Shown here in pieces: positions 1 through 7,871 of a stretch of 37,421 nucleotides of DNA (positions within the stretch are counted from its first letter, which is position 1; each line of letters begins with the position of its first letter). The DNA is taken from assembly GCA_040880825.1 (NCBI GenBank), contig JBBEEK010000028.1, forward strand, positions 1-37,421, given 5' to 3'. The translations under genes and the position numbers were made by a program. The notes beneath the pieces are model-generated. The model made no database searches. It was not told where the DNA came from and saw nothing but the letters and a program-made list of their open reading frames with translations. This DNA comes from Chthoniobacterales bacterium. GTDB taxonomy: Bacteria; Verrucomicrobiota; Verrucomicrobiia; Chthoniobacterales; JACTMZ01.

Positions 1-448
1 GATGCGCGGGGTCGATGGCCAGCGGGGTGAGGACGGGGAAGACTTCGCGTTCGAAATATTCGTCGAAGTGGGCGCGCACGGAGGGATCGACATCGGGGTA
101 GCGGTGGAAGCGCACGCCTTTGGCGGCCAGGCCGGGTTGGATTTCTTCGCGCCAGCAGGCGTATTGATCGGCAACGAGACGCCGGACGCGTCGGGAAATG
201 GCGGCGAGTTGTTGTGCGGCGGTGAGGCCATCGGGACCGGTGGCGTGCGAACCGGCTTGGACGACTTGTTTGAGCCCGGCCACGCGGACTTCGAAAAATT
301 CGTCGAGGTTGGAGGAGACGATGGCGAGGAACTTGAGGCGCTCGAGCAGGGGGACGGCGGGGTCTTTGGCCTGGTCGAGAACGCGTTGGTTGAACTCGAG
401 CCAACCCAACTCGCGGTTGATGAAAAATTGGGGATCCGCAAGATCCAT
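1..448 (-). CDS. ppk1: Polyphosphate kinase 1, N-terminal part (runs off the left edge)
   Basis: Not in the ORF track. Minus strand from ATG at 448 reads MDLADPQFFINRELGWLEFNQRVLDQA...PLLERLKFLAIVSSNLDEFFEVRVAGL...VFPVLTPLAIDPAH, matching the PPK1 N-terminal motifs NRELxWLxFNxRVL, SNLDEFFxVRVA and LTPLAxDPxH. Confidence 0.95.
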   Translation of the reverse strand, partial: MDLADPQFFINRELGWLEFNQRVLDQAKDPAVPLLERLKFLAIVSSNLDEFFEVRVAGLKQVVQAGSHATGPDGLTAAQQLAAISRRVRRLVADQYACWREEIQPGLAAKGVRFHRYPDVDPSVRAHFDEYFEREVFPVLTPLAIDPAH

Positions 449-541
449 AGGCAGCCCTGCAGTGTCCCGCCGCCCCCCGGCAAAGACAAGAGAAAGGCGC
501 CCGGCCGTTGCCGCCCGGCCGGGCTGTGCTAGGGTGGAGAG

Positions 542-1957
542 GTGAAAAAGTCTTGGCTGACAATTTGGGCGGTCTGCGCCGCGGCGGGCGCCGTGTCGGC
601 GGCGGAGACGGCATCGTTGCGCGCCTTGGGTGGTGCCTTTGCGGGGGTTTACGAGCGGGTGGCACCGAGTGTGGTCGTGCTGGAAATCACCAAGAAGGAT
701 ACCGGCTCGGCAGCAGATCGTTTCGCGTGGGAACTTCTTTTCCGCAACCAGCCGGGCGCACCCGGGCGGCCGCCCGCGGAGGAGAGCGAGGGGTCGGGGT
801 TTGTCATTCGCGAGGATGGCCACATCCTGACCAATGCGCATGTCATCGAGGGGGCGGATCCCGAGAAGGGCGTGGTGGCGCGGCGGCAGGACGGCACGCG
901 CTTGCCGCTCAAGGTGGTCGGCGTCGACGAGAAGACGGATCTGGCAGTGCTCAAAGCCGACCTTACGGGGATGCCCGCCGTGGAGTGGGGCGATAGTGAC
1001 GCGGTGCGTGTCGGCGAATTTGTCTGCGGGATCGGAGCGCCGTTCGAGCTGGATTACACGCTGACGGCCGGGGTGATCAGCGCGAAGGGGCGGAGCAATT
1101 TGACGAGCACGGTTTACGAGGACTACCTGCAGACCGACGCGGCGATCAATCCGGGCAACAGCGGTGGACCGCTCTGTGATCTCGACGGACGCGTTGTCGG
1201 CGTCAACACGCTGATCAACGGACTGAGCCGCGGCTTGAGCTTCGCCATCCCCTCGCAGCTGGCGCGCAAGGTCAGCGATGAATTGATCGCCAACGGCCGC
1301 GTGGTGCGTCCGTGGCTCGGCATCCGCATCGAGACGTTGTCGGAAACCCCCGGGCTGCAGGAGATGATGGGGATCGAGCAGGGCGTGGTGGTGCGGACGA
1401 TCGAGCCGGGCGCGCCGGCCGCGCGCAGCAAATTGCAACCGGCCGACGTGATCGTGGCGGTTGATGGCCAGCCGGTGACCAGCGCGCGCGAGTTGCAGCA
1501 GAGCATCCTCAGGAAGGCGATCGGGCAGAAGGTGGATCTGAAGGTCTGGCGGCGCGCCCTGCGGGGCGGAAAGTTCGAAACGATTCCGGTGACGACCGAG
1601 GAGCTGCCGCGAAATCCGTTGGTGGCCGGGACTCCGGAGCGGCGGCCGCCCCGCGAGCCCGCGGAGGGCAGGGAGATGGATACGCCGTTTGGTTTGGCGG
1701 TCGAGGATTTGTCCGCCGAGGTGGCTGGAGCCATGGGTCTGGAGCCCGGCGGCGTGATTGTCACGAATGTCGAGGGCAGCGGCCCGGCGGCGCTGGCCGG
1801 CTTGCAGCGCCGGGATGTGATCACGGCGGTCGGTCCGGCGGCGGTGGCTAACCAGGCGGCGTTCGAGGAAGCGTTGGCTGCGTTGCCCGAGGGCGAGTCG
1901 GCGGTGCTGCTGGTCGAACGCGACGGCAAGAAAACCTACGCGATCCTCAGGAAGTAG
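542..1957 (+). CDS. degP: DegP/HtrA-family periplasmic serine protease (trypsin domain + 2 PDZ)
   Basis: Signal peptide; GSGF, LTNAHV (His), TDLAVLK (Asp) and TDAAINPGNSGGPL (Ser) motifs; two C-terminal PDZ-like segments (PWLGI...PAARSKLQPADVI and FGLAV...PAALAGLQRRDVI). Confidence 0.92.
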   Translation: MKKSWLTIWAVCAAAGAVSAAETASLRALGGAFAGVYERVAPSVVVLEITKKDTGSAADRFAWELLFRNQPGAPGRPPAEESEGSGFVIREDGHILTNAHVIEGADPEKGVVARRQDGTRLPLKVVGVDEKTDLAVLKADLTGMPAVEWGDSDAVRVGEFVCGIGAPFELDYTLTAGVISAKGRSNLTSTVYEDYLQTDAAINPGNSGGPLCDLDGRVVGVNTLINGLSRGLSFAIPSQLARKVSDELIANGRVVRPWLGIRIETLSETPGLQEMMGIEQGVVVRTIEPGAPAARSKLQPADVIVAVDGQPVTSARELQQSILRKAIGQKVDLKVWRRALRGGKFETIPVTTEELPRNPLVAGTPERRPPREPAEGREMDTPFGLAVEDLSAEVAGAMGLEPGGVIVTNVEGSGPAALAGLQRRDVITAVGPAAVANQAAFEEALAALPEGESAVLLVERDGKKTYAILRK

Positions 1958-3848
1958 GCGCGTTCAGCACGCGGTGCAAGGCGGCGGCGGCGGCGGCGGG
2001 TTCGATGCCGGTCATGCAACGGAAGTCGATCGGGCACTCGCGGAGAAAGCACGGGCTGCAGTCGACTTTATGCCGCAAGACCTCGTGGAAATCCCCGAGC
2101 GGCGCGGTGAGGTCCGGTTCGGTCGAGCCGAAGATGGCAACGGTCGGGACGCCGAGAAAGGCGGCGAGGTGCATGGTGCCGGTGTCGTTGGTCAGCAGGG
2201 CGTCGCAGGTGGCGAGTTCGTCCATGAGTTCGTCGAGCGTGGTCTGTCCGATGCGGTTGCGCACGGGGAACGGGCAGTTACGTACGATCTCCTGGCCGGC
2301 CGGGGCGTCCCCGGCGACCCCGAAGAGGACCCATTCGGCAGGGGATGACGCGTGGAATTCGCGCAGGGCGGCGGCGAAACGTTCGGCGGGCCAGCGTTTG
2401 GCCGGTCCGTATTCCGCGCCGGGACAGACGCCGAGCCGCGGCAGGCGACCGGCGCGATGGTGTGGTCGGCGCTTGAAAGTCGGCGGTTCTTCGCTCTCCG
2501 GCGCGCCGCAGTGCACGACGAGACGCAGGTAGCGGTGGGCATGGTGTCCGCCGGACTCGGGGGTGAACTTCGGCATTTGTCCGAGCAGCCATTGGCGATG
2601 ATGGCCGGGGTAGCCGACGAGGCGCGGCACGCCGAGGGCGCGGGCTTCGAGGGCGGAGCGCAGGGAGTTGGGGAAAAGCAGGGCGGCGTCGAAGCGGCGG
2701 CGGAGGCGGCGGGCCAGTTGCCACGGATTTTCCCCCGGCTTGATGACCAGCACTTCGTCGACGGCGGCCACGCGGCGCCAGAGCGGGGCGAGTTTGGCGG
2801 GGGTGAGGACGGTGAGGTGCAGGTCGGGGCGCCCCATTTTGCAGGCTTCGACAGCGGGGATGCTCATGACGGCATCGCCCAGCCAGTTGCTCGAGCGGAT
2901 GAGGAGCCGGAAGGGATCGAGGTCGGCGGCGGTGGTGCCGGGCGGCAGGTAGAAGCCGCGTTTGACGCGACGGCCGGCGAGGAAGCGCGGGCGGGGGACT
3001 TTCCAGCGGTTGTGCAACCAGAACCAATCGGGTGGCGAGGCGGCGATTTCTTTTTCCAGGGTGCGGTTGAGCATCCACGTGAGTTCCGGCACGGTGCGGT
3101 CGTCGGGTGCGAGCGGAGGGTCGATGACACAATGCCAGCGGGCGGTGCCGGTCGTGTGGATGGCCACGGAGATGAGCGGGGCGCCGGTGCGGCTGGCGAG
3201 GGTGGCGGCCAGCGGTGAGGTGGAAGCGAGTTTGCCGAAGAGCGGGGTCCACACCCCGGTCTCGCCGGCGTGTTGGTCGATGAGGATGGCCAGGACGCCG
3301 CCGCGCTCGATCATCCCGGCGGCTCCGACGTAGCCGTCGCGGCGGTCGAAGGTTTCCATGCCGAGGCGGCGCCGGTTGCGGTCGATGAGGCGGTTGAGGT
3401 ATTGGTTGCGCTGCGACTGGAAGACGACACCGACGGGATATTCGCGGATGTGGCCGATGAGTTGGGCGTAGAGTTCCCAGTTGCCGATGTGGTTGATGGC
3501 CAGAACAACGCCGTGGCCGCGGGCGAGGGCTTCGCGGAGGTGCGAGAGACCGGTCATTTCCACCCGCGCTTGGACGTCGGCCTCGGGCATACGGGCGAGG
3601 CGCGGTGCGCTGAGCAGGTTGGCGCCGAGCCGGGCGAAATGCCGGCGGACAATCCGCCGGATCTCGCGCGGGGTGAGGCGGCCACCGAAGGCGATCTCGA
3701 CATTGCGCCGGGCCAGCCGGCGGTAGCCGGGCAGCAGGGCCCAGGCGAGCAGACCGAGCGCGGTTCCCAGACGGAACACGACGCCCAGCGGCAGCCGTTC
3801 GAGCACCGCGAGCAGGGCGAGCACCGTCAAATACAAAGCGTAATCCAT
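1947..3848 (-). CDS. Fused lipid A late acyltransferase (LpxL/HtrB-like) and LPS heptosyltransferase II (WaaF, GT9)
   Basis: N-half has HIGNWE, LIDQHAG and PPDWFWLHNRWK (LpxL family). C-half has SNWLGDAVMSIP, PGAEYGPAKRWP, TNDTGTMHLAAFLGVPTVAIFG and CSPCFLRECP (WaaF family). Start moved to MDYALY (ATG 3848). Confidence 0.9.
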   Translation of the reverse strand: MDYALYLTVLALLAVLERLPLGVVFRLGTALGLLAWALLPGYRRLARRNVEIAFGGRLTPREIRRIVRRHFARLGANLLSAPRLARMPEADVQARVEMTGLSHLREALARGHGVVLAINHIGNWELYAQLIGHIREYPVGVVFQSQRNQYLNRLIDRNRRRLGMETFDRRDGYVGAAGMIERGGVLAILIDQHAGETGVWTPLFGKLASTSPLAATLASRTGAPLISVAIHTTGTARWHCVIDPPLAPDDRTVPELTWMLNRTLEKEIAASPPDWFWLHNRWKVPRPRFLAGRRVKRGFYLPPGTTAADLDPFRLLIRSSNWLGDAVMSIPAVEACKMGRPDLHLTVLTPAKLAPLWRRVAAVDEVLVIKPGENPWQLARRLRRRFDAALLFPNSLRSALEARALGVPRLVGYPGHHRQWLLGQMPKFTPESGGHHAHRYLRLVVHCGAPESEEPPTFKRRPHHRAGRLPRLGVCPGAEYGPAKRWPAERFAAALREFHASSPAEWVLFGVAGDAPAGQEIVRNCPFPVRNRIGQTTLDELMDELATCDALLTNDTGTMHLAAFLGVPTVAIFGSTEPDLTAPLGDFHEVLRHKVDCSPCFLRECPIDFRCMTGIEPAAAAAALHRVLNAPTS

Positions 3849-3953
3849 GGAGCGGAACGGGCAAATTAGCGGGCGGACGGCGTCGGCGGAAGGTTTTCGT
3901 CCCGCCTCTTTCGACGTGCAGGGGACAGCGGGGTGGGGTATTGCCTTGGGTTG

Positions 3954-4304
3954 ATGGAATCCAAGGTTTACCGCGACCCGCATCGCACGCGTCTTCTTGC
4001 CGGCGCCATTGTGCTGGCGCTGGCCGTGATCGGTTTCGTCCTTTGGGCCACGTTGTCGATGGATCGCGTAACGCGCAGCACCGGGGCGTTCACCGGGCGG
4101 ATCATCGCCAAAGAATTCACCCCCGAACCGGCGCAGGAAATCACGGTGGGCACGGGCGGCCTGCAGAGTCAGCGGGTCGAGGGGGCTTACCTGTTGGAGG
4201 TCGAGACTCCGGACGGCCAGCGGGTTTTCAATGTGTGGGTCGACCGGAAGGCTTACGAGGAGTTCGAGGTCGGGGATGAATATTATGTGATCCCGGCCCC
4301 CTGA
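3954..4304 (+). CDS. Small membrane-anchored hypothetical protein (one N-terminal TM helix, beta-rich C-terminus)
   Basis: ATG 3954; hydrophobic stretch LLAGAIVLALAVIGFVLWATL; C-terminal AYEEFEVGDEY; fills the gap upstream of moxR on the same strand. Confidence 0.65.
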   Translation: MESKVYRDPHRTRLLAGAIVLALAVIGFVLWATLSMDRVTRSTGAFTGRIIAKEFTPEPAQEITVGTGGLQSQRVEGAYLLEVETPDGQRVFNVWVDRKAYEEFEVGDEYYVIPAP

Positions 4305-4401
4305 GGTCGGGCCGGAGATCGAACATTCCCCGCGTCAGGCTGTCTCATGTGGAAGCAAGCAGGGCGCCGGAGCGCGTCCGGGGGCAAGAACCAGATTTTT
4401 T

Positions 4402-5391
4402 ATGAGTCAAACTACGCAAGCATTGAACGAACGGGTGCGGCAAAGCAGCCAATGGGTGCAGCCGCTTTTCACGGAAGTGGGCAAAGTGGTGGTCGGGCAG
4501 AAGACGCTGGTCGAGCGCCTGATCATGGGATTGCTGACCAACGGTCACGTGCTCCTCGAAGGTGTGCCGGGGCTGGCCAAGACGCTGACGGTGCGCACCC
4601 TGGCTTCGTGCTTGCACACGGGCTTCCAGCGCCTGCAGTTCACGCCCGACCTGCTGCCGGCCGACCTCATCGGCACGCTGATCTACAATCCGCGCGACGG
4701 CGAGTTCACCACCAAGCTCGGGCCGATTTTTTCCAACCTCATCCTGGCCGACGAAATCAACCGCGCCCCGGCCAAAGTGCAGAGCGCCCTGCTTGAGGCC
4801 ATGCAGGAGCGGCAGGTGACGATCAGCGACCAGACCTACAAACTGCCCGATCCGTTCCTCGTGCTGGCCACCCAGAACCCGCTCGAGCAGGAGGGCACTT
4901 ACCAGTTGCCCGAGGCGCAGCTCGACCGCTTCATGTTCAAGGTCCACGTCGGTTACCCGACCCGCACCGAGGAACGCTCCATCCTTGATGCCATGTCGAC
5001 CTCCTCGCCGAAACTCGAGGTCAACGCGCTGGTCAATGTCGAGGACATCATCGCTTCGCGCGAACTGGTCAACGAGATCTACGTGGACGACCGCGTGAAG
5101 GACTACATTGTCGACATCGTGTGGGCCAGCCGCCAGCCGGAGACCTATGGATTGAAGCTCGATGGCATGATCCGCTACGGCGCGTCGCCGCGGGCCACGA
5201 TTTACCTCACCTTGGCCTCGAAAGCGCACGCCTTCCTCAACGGTCGCGGCTACGTGACGCCGCAGGACGTGAAGACGGTCGGCCCCGACGTGCTGCGGCA
5301 CCGCATTGCGGTGAGCTACGAGGCGGAGGCCGAGGAAATGACCAGCGAGCAGATCATCGAGCAGATCTTCGCGGGGCTGCCGGTGCCGTAG
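4402..5391 (+). CDS. moxR: MoxR-family AAA+ ATPase
   Basis: GHVLLEGVPGLAKT (Walker A), RLQFTPDLLPAD, LADEINRAPAKVQSALLEAMQE, ATQNPLEQEGTYQLPEAQLDRF, GASPRA. Confidence 0.96.
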   Translation: MSQTTQALNERVRQSSQWVQPLFTEVGKVVVGQKTLVERLIMGLLTNGHVLLEGVPGLAKTLTVRTLASCLHTGFQRLQFTPDLLPADLIGTLIYNPRDGEFTTKLGPIFSNLILADEINRAPAKVQSALLEAMQERQVTISDQTYKLPDPFLVLATQNPLEQEGTYQLPEAQLDRFMFKVHVGYPTRTEERSILDAMSTSSPKLEVNALVNVEDIIASRELVNEIYVDDRVKDYIVDIVWASRQPETYGLKLDGMIRYGASPRATIYLTLASKAHAFLNGRGYVTPQDVKTVGPDVLRHRIAVSYEAEAEEMTSEQIIEQIFAGLPVP

Positions 5392-5454
5392 GAGAGTTTT
5401 ACGTTTCAAGAACCAAAGTGTTAAGGGGGCGTCTTCCTTAAAACTTCAGACCTC

Positions 5455-6342
5455 ATGCAAGACACACGCGAGATCCTCAAAAAAATCCGGCGCCTCGAGC
5501 TGCGCACGCGGCGGCTGGTTGACGCCATGTTTGCGGGGTCTTACCACAGCGTGTTCAAGGGGCGCGGGATGAATTTCGAGGAGGTCCGGGAATACAATCC
5601 GGGCGACGAGATCCGCTCGATCGACTGGAACGTGACGGCGCGGATGAATGCGCCATTCGTGAAAAAGTTCACCGAGGAGCGCGAATTGACCGTCATGCTG
5701 GTGGTTGATGTCAGCGCCTCGGGTAATTTCGGCAGCGTCAGTTCGAGCAAGCGCGAATTGGCCGCCGAAGTCGCCTCCATCCTCGCCTTCAGCGCCATCC
5801 AGAACAACGACAAGGTCGGATTGCTGCTCTTCACCGACGAGGTGGAACTCTTCATCCACCCGAAGAAAGGCCGCATGCACACCTTGCGGCTCATCCGTGA
5901 GATGCTCTATTTCAAGCCCCGGCACCGCGGGACCAACCTGACGGCGGCATTGGAATATCTGAACAAAGTCGTGACCCGCCGCGCGGTGGTTTTTCTCATT
6001 TCTGATTTCATGGATGAGGGCTATTCGCGTCCGCTGGCGGTCACCGCGCGCCGCCACGACCTCGTGGCCATCCCGGTGGTCGATCCGGGCGAGGAGGACC
6101 TGCCGGACGTGGGGATCGTGACACTCGAGGATCCGGAGACCGGCGAGCAGATCGACATCAACACCTCCAACCGCGCTTTGCGCGGCGCTTATCTCGCACT
6201 GGAAGAGCGGCGGAAAAAAACCATCGACCAAGAATTGCGCAAGCTGGGCATCGACATGATCCCGTTGCGGACGAACGAAGACTACCTGCACGTGTTACGC
6301 GCATTTTTCGCCCGCCGCGAGCAGCGTCAACTCAGCGCCTGA
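5455..6342 (+). CDS. DUF58 family vWA-like protein
   Basis: G..HS.FKGRGMNFEEVREY.PGDEIRSIDWNVTAR, DVSAS and LISDF motifs; canonical position after moxR. Confidence 0.92.
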   Translation: MQDTREILKKIRRLELRTRRLVDAMFAGSYHSVFKGRGMNFEEVREYNPGDEIRSIDWNVTARMNAPFVKKFTEERELTVMLVVDVSASGNFGSVSSSKRELAAEVASILAFSAIQNNDKVGLLLFTDEVELFIHPKKGRMHTLRLIREMLYFKPRHRGTNLTAALEYLNKVVTRRAVVFLISDFMDEGYSRPLAVTARRHDLVAIPVVDPGEEDLPDVGIVTLEDPETGEQIDINTSNRALRGAYLALEERRKKTIDQELRKLGIDMIPLRTNEDYLHVLRAFFARREQRQLSA

Positions 6343-6343
6343 C

Positions 6344-6865
6344 ATGCCCCCCGCCGACGCCAACGCCGACTTGCTGCCCCACGACATCGCGGGGCCCGTG
6401 GGGTATCTGCCCTATCCCCTGCCGGTCATGATCGCGCTGGCCGCGGGGGCTTTGCTCTTGCTCGGCTTGGCCGTGTGGGGGTTCGTGGCGTGGCGGCGGC
6501 GGGTGAACCGCCGACCGTTGACGGCGCGGGAGAAAGCGCTGGCCGCGCTGGCCGCGGCGCGGGCGCGGATCGGGCAGGCAGCGCCTTATGACTTCAGCAT
6601 CGAGGTGTGCGACGTGCTCCGCCGCTTCCTCGGGGCCGAGCACCGCTTGCCGGCGACGACGCAGACGTCGTATGAATTTTTGCAGACGGCAGGGGGGAGC
6701 GGTGTCTTCAACGAGGCGCGCTTGGCTCACCTGACGTGTTTCCTCGAGAAGGCGGACGCGATCAAATTCGCGCGGGCCGAAGCCGGCGCGGCCGACAACG
6801 AGGAACTGACCGGTCTGGCGGAAGATCTGGTGAAGGGAGAGGAAGTCCATGCCGTCACTGCCTGA
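6344..6865 (+). CDS. Single-TM Bat-operon accessory protein (DUF4381-like)
   Basis: HDIAGP then one TM helix; C-terminal LRRFL...TQTSYEFL...ADAIKFA; lies between DUF58 and BatA. Confidence 0.75.
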   Translation: MPPADANADLLPHDIAGPVGYLPYPLPVMIALAAGALLLLGLAVWGFVAWRRRVNRRPLTAREKALAALAAARARIGQAAPYDFSIEVCDVLRRFLGAEHRLPATTQTSYEFLQTAGGSGVFNEARLAHLTCFLEKADAIKFARAEAGAADNEELTGLAEDLVKGEEVHAVTA

Positions 6866-7871
6866 CTGGTCCGGCATCTCGTTCGCCCAGCCGGATTTTC
6901 TCTGGCTGCTCCTGCTGGTGCCGTTGCTGGCGTGGTTGAAGGGCAAGTTCGGGGGCACGCCGGGGGTGCTTTTTTCCACGACCAAGACGGTGGCGAAAAT
7001 CGGCGGGCGGCGCCGGTCGCGGGCCGGGGATTTTCTGACCGGCCTGCTTTACCTCGCTTTGATCTTTCTTGTCCTCGCGCTGGCGCGGCCGCAGGAGGGC
7101 AAGACGATCACGCGCACGCAGGCCAGCGGCGTGGATATCATGCTGGTCATCGATGTCTCGCGTTCGATGCTGGCGGAAGACTTCACCATCGGCGGCCAGC
7201 GGGCCAACCGCCTGGAAGCGGTCAAGCAGGTGACCGAGACCTTCATCAGCGAGCGTCCCAACGACCGCATCGGCATCGTGGCTTTTGCCGGTCGGCCTTA
7301 TTTGGTGAGTCCGCTGACCCTCGACCACGACTGGCTGCGGCAAAATCTCGAACGCACCCGCATCGGGTTGGTCGAAGACGGCACGGCGATCGGTTCCGCG
7401 CTGGCGGCGGCCTCCAACCGGCTGAAGGACAAAGAAGCCAAATCCAAGCTCATCGTGTTGCTGACCGACGGCGACAACAATATGGGGCGGGTCAGTCCGA
7501 TGACGGCCGCCGAGGCGGCGCAGGCACTGGGGATCAAGGTCTACACCATCGGCTCCGGCAACCGGGGCACGGCGCCGTTTCCGGTGGGTGACGCGTTCGG
7601 CCGGACGGTTTACCGGCAGATTCCGGTGGAATTCGACGAGGAGATCCTCAAGGAAATCGCGACCACCACCGGCGGGACGTATTTCCGCGCGACCGACACG
7701 CAGTCGCTGCAAGGCATTTTCAACGAGATCGACGAGATGGAAAAATCGCAGGTCGAGGTGCAGAAGATCGCGCAATACAAAGACATCTTCCCGTGGTTCG
7801 TGCTGGTCGGCGCCGTGCTGCTCGCGGCGGAAACCGTGCTGGGTCAAACGATATGGAGACGTCTGCCCTGA
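6849..7871 (+). CDS. batA: BatA-like vWA membrane protein
   Basis: N-terminal FAQPDFLWLL, ALARPQ, MIDAS DVSRSM, DRIGIVAFAG, GTAIG, LLTDG, C-terminal TM. Confidence 0.9.
   Translation: MPSLPDWSGISFAQPDFLWLLLLVPLLAWLKGKFGGTPGVLFSTTKTVAKIGGRRRSRAGDFLTGLLYLALIFLVLALARPQEGKTITRTQASGVDIMLVIDVSRSMLAEDFTIGGQRANRLEAVKQVTETFISERPNDRIGIVAFAGRPYLVSPLTLDHDWLRQNLERTRIGLVEDGTAIGSALAAASNRLKDKEAKSKLIVLLTDGDNNMGRVSPMTAAEAAQALGIKVYTIGSGNRGTAPFPVGDAFGRTVYRQIPVEFDEEILKEIATTTGGTYFRATDTQSLQGIFNEIDEMEKSQVEVQKIAQYKDIFPWFVLVGAVLLAAETVLGQTIWRRLP

Noticed and set aside
2-532. 176-aa plus-strand ORF in the track
   Set aside because: Antisense shadow of ppk1, whose conserved motifs are on the minus strand.
5392-5454. 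AT-rich spacer with short inverted repeat TTAAGG...CCTTAA between moxR and DUF58
   Set aside because: Short stem, no U-tract and a single copy; not enough to call a terminator or REP element.
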